32,000 nt of DNA from Azoarcus sp. (lineage in GTDB: Bacteria > Pseudomonadota > Gammaproteobacteria > Burkholderiales > Rhodocyclaceae): NCBI GenBank assembly GCA_031285965.1, contig JAITVD010000003.1, positions 9,723 through 41,722 of the forward strand. The letters are read 5' to 3'. How positions within the stretch are numbered: position 1 is the first letter of the stretch; the number at the start of each line of letters is the position of its first letter. Of this stretch, positions 8,485 to 14,627 are shown in pieces. The translations under genes and the position numbers were made by a program. Under the pieces are notes generated by a model. That model worked only from the letters and a program-made list of their open reading frames with translations. It was not told the DNA's origin and ran no database searches.

Positions 8485-8694
8485 ATGAGATTTTTGAAAA
8501 ATGTTGGGTTTATCGCGGCCAGCCTCCTGTTGGCTCCTGTGGCATTTGCTGCGGTTGACCTTTCCTCGTTGACCTCTGAGGTCGACTTTTCGAGCGTCGG
8601 GACGGCAGTCTTGGCGGTAGCCGCTACCCTCGCGGGCATCTACATTACTTGGAAAGCTGCGGGGCTGGTGCTCCGCGCTATTCGTGGGCTGTGA
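8485..8694 (+). CDS. Inovirus major coat protein (pVIII-like) precursor
   Basis: Signal peptide MRFLKNVGFIAASLLLAPVAFA, then an acidic N-terminus (AVDLSSLTSEVDF), a hydrophobic core and a basic tail (KAAGLVLRAIRGL). 69 aa. GGAG 8 nt upstream. Confidence 0.75.
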   Translation: MRFLKNVGFIAASLLLAPVAFAAVDLSSLTSEVDFSSVGTAVLAVAATLAGIYITWKAAGLVLRAIRGL

Positions 8695-8700
8695 CGTAGC

Positions 8701-8784
8701 ATGGATGCCCCAGAAGGCTGGAACCTTCTTTTTGCCTTCTGGGGCATCGTCTCGGCATGGGCGGTGATTGAGGGGTTCAAATGA
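8701..8784 (+). CDS. 27-aa hydrophobic peptide (possible pVII/pIX-like minor coat protein)
   Basis: My translation is MDAPEGWNLLFAFWGIVSAWAVIEGFK. Its stop overlaps the pIII-like start in ATGA (8781-8784). There is no clear SD, and it is below the ORF-track size cutoff. Confidence 0.35.
   Translation: MDAPEGWNLLFAFWGIVSAWAVIEGFK
8704..8748 (+). promoter_or_regulatory. 15-bp perfect inverted repeat immediately after the major coat gene, with a nested short hairpin plus T-run
   Basis: GATGCCCCAGAAGGC (8704-8718) pairs with GCCTTCTGGGGCATC (8734-8748). Alternatively AGAAGG (8712-8717) pairs with CCTTCT (8724-8729), followed by TTTT. Confidence 0.5.
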
Positions 8785-9980
8785 GACTGGCCGTTGCTGC
8801 GGCAGTTCTTTTTCTTGCTTCCTCCGCCTCGGCGGCGCGGGATTACCCGGTGCAGGTCAAGGAATGGACGCTTGGCTATTTATTCGGCACAAGCCATGTT
8901 TCTGCCCACTCGTCGCTCGAAGGATGCCGCGATAACATCTATAAGGAATTTGTCGAAAATGAATCTTACTCGTATGAAAGGCGTATCGAAAAAAGGGATG
9001 AATATACATATATCCCAATTTTGAAAGAGATTGTTAAAAATGGCTATTTTGGCAACGGCAAGAATTATCGTGAGCTTGCAGGGTCTTGCAATGCGGTCAA
9101 GCATTGCCCGCACGGCGGCAACCTTAAATACAACAATGGGAAATGGATTTGCCAGAACGCCCCGGACTGCCCGGAAGGTCAGACGGCGCATGATGACGGC
9201 ACCTGCAAGCCGCCAGAGCCAGACCCCTGCCCGGAGGGGCAAATTAGGTATGAGGATGGCGAATGCGCCGTGCCGCCGGACTGTCAGGCCGCATCCGGTT
9301 ATTCCGTGCTTGTCGATGCGCTGACGAACTGCATGGATTACTGCGAGGTGGGCGATTGCGGGCGCTCTGCTACGGGCTGGAAGGATGGGCAGGTTGTCTT
9401 TGCCTCGTATGCCTGTGTCTATACGGGGAAGCATTGCCGCCCTGCGCCGCCTCCGCCTGATGGAGGCGGGGGTGATGATTCGGGTGGTGGAAATGACCCC
9501 GGTGAGCCGGGGGATGGCTCTGGGGGTAACGATGATGGTGGCTCGGGTGGAGGTGGCTCGGGGAGCGGCACTGGTGGCGGCGGCGGAACGGGTACAGGTG
9601 GCGATGGGGACGGCGATGGGTCGGATGGTGGAGGGACAGGCGGCAATGTTGAGGTGCCGATTGATCCGCCAGTCGAAAGCAAGTGCCCTTCGTGGTTGAA
9701 GTGGATTTGTGGCGATAGCACGGTGGAGGAACTGGCCATTCCGCCCGATGCGCAGTTCGACGAATCATTTTTTTCCGGCACGTTCGATGCGTTGAAGGGC
9801 TGGAGCTTGCCCAACTATTCTGGTTCTTGCTTACCTTTAAATGTGGACATTCCGTTTTTTGGGCGCTCGTATTCCACATCGTTTCATTGTGAGTTGGTCA
9901 GGGATGTTTTTCCGGTTTTTGAAACGGTGATGGCGGCGCTTTGGGCAGTGCTCGCTTTCCGCATTGTGATGGGAGCCTGA
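8781..9980 (+). CDS. pIII-like minor coat / adsorption protein
   Basis: Signal peptide, a Cys-rich N-terminal region with repeated CPEGQ..DG.C motifs, a ~70-aa Gly/Asp/Ser linker (GGGGDDSGGGNDPG...GGGTGG), and a C-terminal domain ending in the membrane anchor VMAALWAVLAFRIVMGA. Confidence 0.7.
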   Translation: MRLAVAAAVLFLASSASAARDYPVQVKEWTLGYLFGTSHVSAHSSLEGCRDNIYKEFVENESYSYERRIEKRDEYTYIPILKEIVKNGYFGNGKNYRELAGSCNAVKHCPHGGNLKYNNGKWICQNAPDCPEGQTAHDDGTCKPPEPDPCPEGQIRYEDGECAVPPDCQAASGYSVLVDALTNCMDYCEVGDCGRSATGWKDGQVVFASYACVYTGKHCRPAPPPPDGGGGDDSGGGNDPGEPGDGSGGNDDGGSGGGGSGSGTGGGGGTGTGGDGDGDGSDGGGTGGNVEVPIDPPVESKCPSWLKWICGDSTVEELAIPPDAQFDESFFSGTFDALKGWSLPNYSGSCLPLNVDIPFFGRSYSTSFHCELVRDVFPVFETVMAALWAVLAFRIVMGA

Positions 9981-9981
9981 C

Positions 9982-10281
9982 ATGGCATTGCCAGTTTTTG
10001 TCCCGTTCATGGCTTCTGCGCTGTCATGGCTGCTGCGCGAGGTCGTCGTTAAGTTCATTGTGTTCTCGGCAATTTTCGCGCTGGTTGCCTTCCTTGTACC
10101 CCGCGCGGTGTCATATCTGGGTGATTTTGTCTCGCCGGGGGCGCTGTCTGGTGCGTTTTCCGGGATTGATTCCGGGGTCTGGTTTTTCCTGCGGTTCTTC
10201 AGGCTGGATTACGGGGTTCCGCTGCTGGTCTCGGCTTACGTGTCCCGGTTTTTGATTCGGCGCTTGCCGTTTATCGGCTGA
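9982..10281 (+). CDS. pVI-like small hydrophobic minor coat protein (DUF2523-like)
   Basis: 99 aa with multiple hydrophobic helices and a basic tail (SRFLIRRLPFIG). It sits between the pIII-like and Zot-like genes as in Pf/Cf-type inoviruses, and starts 1 nt after the preceding stop. Confidence 0.55.
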   Translation: MALPVFVPFMASALSWLLREVVVKFIVFSAIFALVAFLVPRAVSYLGDFVSPGALSGAFSGIDSGVWFFLRFFRLDYGVPLLVSAYVSRFLIRRLPFIG

Positions 10282-10284
10282 AAA

Positions 10285-11415
10285 ATGTCAATAAAGGTTT
10301 ATACCGGGCGCATGGGTTCCGGGAAAAGCTACGAGGTGGTGACGGTTGTCATCCTCGGTGCTTTGAAGATGGGGCGGCGTGTCGTCTCGAACATCGCAGG
10401 GCTGGACTATGGGGAAATGCGCCGTGTTCTGATAGGGCAGAGGGTCGAAGAGGGCAAGTTGGGCACGATTGTCCAGGTTGACCATGAGGCAGTCACGAGC
10501 AAGGGCTTCTGGCTCACTGATGGGGACACGGATGCCTTTATTCGGCCCGGTGACTTGTTGGTGCTCGATGAAGTCTGGCGTTTCTATGACGGTTTCGGTT
10601 CCGCTACGCCGGATGCTGTAATGAACTTTTTCAGGATGCACCGCCATTTCACGCATCCTGAGACCGGGCAGACGTGCGATGTTGCCCTGATAACGCAGGA
10701 CATAGGCGACATAGGTCGCAAGATACGGGCAGTCGTCGAAGAGACGTATTACATGGAAAAGCTCACGGTCGTGGGCGCTGCCAAACGCTATCGGGTCGAC
10801 ATCTTCTCCGGTGCGAGGAAATACCGCGATGCGCCTTTCCGTTCTCTCCAGCGTGCCTACAACCCGAATTATTTCTGTCTTTATCAGTCGCATTCCCAGA
10901 AAGGGGACGGCAGTGCGGATGCCAAAGAGGTCAACATTGATGATCGCGGGAATATTTTCAAGGGTAAGTTTTTCCGGCTGGCCGTGCCGCTGGCTGTTGT
11001 GCTGTTCGGTGCTGGCATTTACCGCCTTGTCGGTTTTTTCGGCACGGCTCCTGTCAGCAAGCCGGGGGTAGCGGCGGTTCCGGTGGCTACACAGTCGACC
11101 TCTTCCCCCGCGCCGATCGGTGCGCCCCCTGCCCGTCCGTCTCGCCATGACGCAGTATCCGGGCTTCTGTCGTCTGGTCGCGCCCGTCTGGTGTATTCAG
11201 GCATGGTCGGCGGTAAGCGGCTGGCCAAGGTCGAATTTCTGAACGGGGAGGGCGGGTTGGTGGACGCATACTCGGAAGAGGCTCTTTTCCTCGCGGGTTG
11301 GCGGCTGTTCTTCGGCACGGACGGGCGGACAGCCATTTTGAGCAATGGCGAGGGACTACATGTTGTCGCAGTTGAGGTGCGTCATCGGCTGCCGCGCATT
11401 GATCGGAAGCCATGA
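10285..11415 (+). CDS. Zot / pI-like phage assembly ATPase
   Basis: N-terminal Walker A GRMGSGKSYE, Walker B-like LLVLDEVW, and a central TM helix (FRLAVPLAVVLFGAGIYRLVGFF). This is the typical zonular occludens toxin family layout. Confidence 0.8.
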   Translation: MSIKVYTGRMGSGKSYEVVTVVILGALKMGRRVVSNIAGLDYGEMRRVLIGQRVEEGKLGTIVQVDHEAVTSKGFWLTDGDTDAFIRPGDLLVLDEVWRFYDGFGSATPDAVMNFFRMHRHFTHPETGQTCDVALITQDIGDIGRKIRAVVEETYYMEKLTVVGAAKRYRVDIFSGARKYRDAPFRSLQRAYNPNYFCLYQSHSQKGDGSADAKEVNIDDRGNIFKGKFFRLAVPLAVVLFGAGIYRLVGFFGTAPVSKPGVAAVPVATQSTSSPAPIGAPPARPSRHDAVSGLLSSGRARLVYSGMVGGKRLAKVEFLNGEGGLVDAYSEEALFLAGWRLFFGTDGRTAILSNGEGLHVVAVEVRHRLPRIDRKP

Positions 11416-12635
11416 TGCGCCCGCTCGTCTTTGCCGCACTGCTGTTGCTGTGCCGCCCGACGTTGGCAGAAAAGGTCGATATCCTTTTTAATGATATTTC
11501 GGTGGTTGAATTTTCATATTTCGTGCTGAACGATCTGCGCAAGGAATCGTTTTTGATGGACGATGATTTCTTGCAGGTCGACAAACGAATGACGGCGCGG
11601 TTTTCGGACATTGAGACGGAGGATGTTTTCTATCACCTGCGTCATGTCTTGTCCGGCATCGGCTACACGGTCTCCAGCCGCAACGGCATTCACTACATAT
11701 CGAAGGTGAATGAAGGCGATGGCGAAGTCTTCGTTTATTTTCCGAGATACCGTGGCGCGGAGTACCTGCGCGAGCTGGCGGGAACGGTCGTTGATTCGGG
11801 TGGGTTCTCTGTGACGCGCCCGGTTCCGGGGGCAGAGGGTATCAGGCCGGAAGCGTCGCTTCAGCCGTCGGTCAACGATTGGGTTTCCCGTCGCGTGGAC
11901 GATGCACTGGTCTACCGGGGGTCGCTGGTTGAGGTGGGGCGGCTGGAAAAGCTGCTGGCGCAGGTCGACAGGCCGTCGGGCGAGGTGCTGGTCAAGGCGG
12001 CGATTTTCGAGGTCAGAAAAGAATCCACAAGAAATAGTGCGGTTTCCGTGGCTCTTGGGCTGCTGGATTCTGCGCGTGGGCTTGGCGTGTCAGTTGTCAA
12101 TGGCGTTCTTGATGCGTCGTCGTCCGTCCGGCTGCGGCTGGGGAATGTTGATGCGGCATGGTCGGTTCTTTCTGGCGATGAGCGTTTCAGGGTATTAAGC
12201 GCCCCGACGGTGCGCGTGCGTAGCGGCGAGAAGGCACGCTTTCAGGCGGGTGCGGAAGTCCCCACGCTCGGGAACGTCACGCATACGGGGGTGGGGCAGT
12301 CCGTCCAGTCCGTCGAGTACAGGTCTTCAGGCGTGATACTCGAATTGAAACCGGAAATCCGCGAGGATGGCATCGTGCTGTCCGTGACGCACCAGCTTTC
12401 CAGTTTTCAGCAAACGGATACGGGCGTAAATGTCTCGCCGACGCTTCTGAAGCGCGAGCTTCAGACCACGGTTTCCATGAAAGATGGCGAGCTTGTCCTT
12501 CTCGGCGGATTGGACGAGAAGAAAGAGTCGTCTGGCAAGAAAGGGCTACCGTTCCTGCCGGATTTTTTCGCCGGACGCCATGATGGCGCGGAAGATACGG
12601 AAATTCTGTTGCTGCTTCATGTGAAAAGAATGTAG
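11412..12635 (+). CDS. Phage-encoded secretin (pIV-like, GspD superfamily)
   Basis: Signal peptide and a C-terminal secretin domain with ..VSMKDGELVLLGGLDEKKESSGKKGLPFLPDFF......EILLLLHVK. ATGA overlap with the Zot-like gene. Confidence 0.8.
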   Translation: MMRPLVFAALLLLCRPTLAEKVDILFNDISVVEFSYFVLNDLRKESFLMDDDFLQVDKRMTARFSDIETEDVFYHLRHVLSGIGYTVSSRNGIHYISKVNEGDGEVFVYFPRYRGAEYLRELAGTVVDSGGFSVTRPVPGAEGIRPEASLQPSVNDWVSRRVDDALVYRGSLVEVGRLEKLLAQVDRPSGEVLVKAAIFEVRKESTRNSAVSVALGLLDSARGLGVSVVNGVLDASSSVRLRLGNVDAAWSVLSGDERFRVLSAPTVRVRSGEKARFQAGAEVPTLGNVTHTGVGQSVQSVEYRSSGVILELKPEIREDGIVLSVTHQLSSFQQTDTGVNVSPTLLKRELQTTVSMKDGELVLLGGLDEKKESSGKKGLPFLPDFFAGRHDGAEDTEILLLLHVKRM

Positions 12636-12664
12636 TTGACAGATAGTACCATTATTGATACTAT
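12636..12664 (+). promoter_or_regulatory. Near-consensus sigma-70 promoter with an embedded inverted repeat, directly abutting the hicA start codon
   Basis: TTGACA (12636-12641), a 17-nt spacer, and TACTAT (12659-12664). Only 5 nt separate the -10 from the ATG at 12670. ATAGTA (12643-12648) and TACTAT form an inverted repeat spanning the spacer. Confidence 0.5.
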
Positions 12665-12669
12665 AAAAC

Positions 12670-12924
12670 ATGTCCTCAATAATCCAGATACTTGACCAGA
12701 TGCGGCGCGAACCGGGCAATGTCCGGTATGCTGATTTGCTAAAGGTATGCTCTGGCTTTTTTGGTAAAGCTCGACAGTCTGGTGGTAGCCATGTCGTTTT
12801 TAAGACGCCGTGGCTTGGGGATCCAAGGATCAATATCCAGAATGACAAGGGGTGAGCCAAGGCGTATCAAGTGCGCCAGGTACTTGCCGCCATAGATAAG
12901 CTAGGGGGCCATCATGAATCTTGA
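12670..12924 (+). pseudogene. hicA: HicA-family mRNA interferase toxin gene with an in-frame TGA at 12853-12855
   Basis: The 61-aa product ends ..GGSHVVFKTPWLGDPRINIQNDKG. The same frame continues as AKAYQVRQVLAAIDKLGGHHES to a TGA at 12922-12924, overlapping the hicB ATG (12914) by 11 nt. The K-A-K-x-Y-Q-V-R-Q-V tail is, from memory, a conserved HicA C-terminal segment. Confidence 0.6.
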
Positions 12925-13240
12925 CCATTACACCTACCGTGTTACTTGGTCGCCGGAAGATGGCGAGCATGTCGGCCTGTGCGTTGAGTTTCCGTCGCTT
13001 TCGTGGTTGGCGGCCTCGCCTGATGAGGCGCTTTCCGGTATCCGGCAAGTCGTTTTTGCTGTTGTGGAAGACATGAAAGGCAGCAGAGAAGAGATTCCGG
13101 CGCCAATGGCGGAACGTGACTATAGCGGCAAGTTTCAGGTGCGCATCCCGCCAGAAGTTCATCGTGCCCTTGCCATGAAAGCCGCTGAGCAGGGCGTTAG
13201 TTTGAACCGCTTTGTAAATGCAAAATTAGCGGCAGGCTGA
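12914..13240 (+). CDS. hicB: HicB-family antitoxin with a C-terminal ribbon-helix-helix
   Basis: N-terminal HicB fold (YTYRVTWSPEDGEHVGLCVEFPSLSWLAASPDEAL) and a C-terminal RHH (GKFQVRIPPEVHRALAMKAAEQGVSLNRFV). Confidence 0.8.
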   Translation: MNLDHYTYRVTWSPEDGEHVGLCVEFPSLSWLAASPDEALSGIRQVVFAVVEDMKGSREEIPAPMAERDYSGKFQVRIPPEVHRALAMKAAEQGVSLNRFVNAKLAAG

Positions 13241-13419
13241 TTACGCAGCAAAAGCTAGGTTTTTTGCTGCAAGCCCAGCGTCCGCCCAGAATGAGACAGG
13301 CGGCATTCGCCAGCAGCGCGTGATGCTGCTTGGTCACAGATGGCGTGATAGCTGCAAGCCAGCCCAAGGTTCAGGCTGTGATGCAGGCTCACGGCGCTGC
13401 CGCGCCGCGCAAGGCTCTT

Positions 13420-13587
13420 GGCTTGCAGGTCAAGGGAATGCTATTCACTTGCGGGTTTGGGCAGCGCCCAAGGTTTGGCTTGCAGGTCAAGGGAATGCCA
13501 TTCCCTTGCGGGTTTGGGCAGCGCCCAAGGTTTGGCTTGCAGGTCAAGGGAATGCTATTCCCTTGCGGGCTTGGGCAGCGCCCAAGG
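13420..13587. repeat. Three tandem 57-bp repeats, each carrying two palindromes
   Basis: Units start at 13420, 13477 and 13534, with the pattern GGCTTGCAGGTCAAGGGAATGC(T/C)ATTC(A/C)CTTGCGGG(T/C)TTGGGCAGCGCCCAAGG(TTT/A). Palindrome 1 is CAAGGGAAT..ATTCCCTTG and palindrome 2 is TTGGGC-AGC-GCCCAA. The array lies 65 bp upstream of the integrase start. Confidence 0.9.
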
Positions 13588-13652
13588 ATGTTTTTAACGG
13601 TGTTTTTGCACATCCATGATGAGAATCCGCATTTTGACCATTTGCTTGAATC

Positions 13653-14522
13653 ATGGATGTTACGTTTGATGATGTCGTCTTGTACTATTTTTCAGTGCGA
13701 GGCCAGATGCGCCCTGTTTTGCCTGAGCGTGACCGCTATAGCTTCAAACATCTCCATGCGTTTTTTGGCGGTCGACAGATGTCCGCTATCCGGCGCTGTG
13801 ATGTCCGTGCCTATATTGCCTGCCGCCAAGCTGCCGGGGTGAAGATTTCCACAGTGCAGCGGGAATTGCGCCTGTTTTCGGCGGCGGCGAATCTTTTTCG
13901 GGTGGAGCACGGTCTAGATGGTTTGGCGAATCCTGCTGCCAATCTTTGCATTTCAAAGCAGCCGGGTCGTGTTCGGTGGATTACGCGGGAACAGGCGGGT
14001 AATCTCGTGCTTGAGGCGGAAAGGTATGCGAAGCGTCCGCATTTTCCTGTTTTTCTCAGGCTGGCGCTGAACACGGGCTGCCGACGTGGTGAGCTTCTGA
14101 ATCTTGAATGGTCGCGCATTAGCCTAGATCAGGCGTTGCTTGTTTTGGAGCCTGAGCAAAATAAGTCCCACCGTCGCCGTTCTGTGCCGCTAAATCTTGA
14201 TGCGTTGGCCGCGCTGAAACGAATGCGGCACTGGCAGGCAGAACATGGGGTAAATTCCCGCTATGTATTCGGCTATGAGGGCGGGCGCAGGATTGGATGC
14301 CTAAAAACAGCCATGAGGGGGGCATTGCAACGGGCTGGGATTGATAATTTCAGGATTCACGATTTGCGGCATACGTTCGCAAACTGGCTTGTTATGCAAG
14401 GTGAATCTATCTACGTTGTTAAAGATTTGCTTGGTCATGCCAATGTGGAGCAGACAGAGATATACGCGCATCTTGCGCCAACCCAAGGCAAGGCCGCTGT
14501 AGATAGGTTGTTGCCTTTTTGA
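13653..14522 (+). CDS. int: Tyrosine recombinase / phage integrase
   Basis: Catalytic signature in order: R in LNTGCRRGELL, HDLRHTF, and LLGH...TEIYAHL (Tyr). 289 aa. It lies adjacent to attR. Confidence 0.85.
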   Translation: MDVTFDDVVLYYFSVRGQMRPVLPERDRYSFKHLHAFFGGRQMSAIRRCDVRAYIACRQAAGVKISTVQRELRLFSAAANLFRVEHGLDGLANPAANLCISKQPGRVRWITREQAGNLVLEAERYAKRPHFPVFLRLALNTGCRRGELLNLEWSRISLDQALLVLEPEQNKSHRRRSVPLNLDALAALKRMRHWQAEHGVNSRYVFGYEGGRRIGCLKTAMRGALQRAGIDNFRIHDLRHTFANWLVMQGESIYVVKDLLGHANVEQTEIYAHLAPTQGKAAVDRLLPF

Positions 14523-14547
14523 TACGCCTGTGAAAAAATCGACGAAT

Positions 14548-14600
14548 GAGTGCGGCTCCAAAGGCAGGGGGCGTGTGTTCGAATCGCGCCGGGCGCGCCA
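14548..14600 (+). other. Partial tRNA-Arg copy (anticodon arm to CCA) at attR
   Basis: GAGTGCGGCTCCAAAGGCAGGGGGCGTGTGTTCGAATCGCGCCGGGCGCGCCA aligns with 5281-5334 of the intact tRNA but lacks the 5' acceptor and D arm. The anticodon stem is not complementary. Confidence 0.8.
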
Positions 14601-14607
14601 GTCTTTT
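14577..14607. repeat. attR core: second copy of the 31-bp direct repeat
   Basis: Identical to 5311-5341. Confidence 0.85.
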
Positions 14608-14627
14608 TTCCCATAAGCACAGATAAC

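Larger units (their letters stand above)
5311..14607 (+). mobile_element. Integrated filamentous (Inovirus-like) prophage. The excised circle is predicted to be 9,266 bp.
   Basis: tRNA-derived direct repeats flank an HTH regulator, a pII-like Rep, a signal-peptide major coat protein, a pIII-like Gly-rich adsorption protein, a pVI-like protein, a Zot/pI P-loop protein, a secretin, hicAB and a tyrosine integrase. The morphogenesis genes are co-oriented with ATGA or 1-4 nt junctions. Confidence 0.8.

Noticed and set aside
9455-9650. GGT/GGC-rich low-complexity DNA as a structural repeat or G-quadruplex element
   Set aside because: It is fully explained as the coding sequence for the Gly/Asp/Ser linker of the pIII-like protein.
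10288-11148. 286-aa minus-strand ORF inside the Zot-like gene
   Set aside because: It is antisense to a gene with clear Walker motifs and operon coupling, and it has no motif of its own.
5719-12924. Stop-codon reassignment (alternative genetic code) as an explanation for the in-frame TAA and TGA
   Set aside because: TAA and TGA terminate conserved housekeeping genes in this window at their expected lengths (for example rpmG with TAA, and phaC and rimI with TGA). The standard code therefore applies.
13245-13270. Hairpin GCAGCAAAA..TTTTGCTGC after hicB as a terminator
   Set aside because: The stem is A/T-rich, and no U-tract follows it on the plus strand. The evidence is too weak to call.
13320-13842. 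Track ORFs of 99, 170 and 74 aa with internally repeated peptides, and the possibility of a CRISPR array
   Set aside because: The peptide repeats are simply translations of the 57-bp tandem DNA repeats. The units are directly contiguous with no unique spacers, and no cas genes are nearby, so this is not a CRISPR array.
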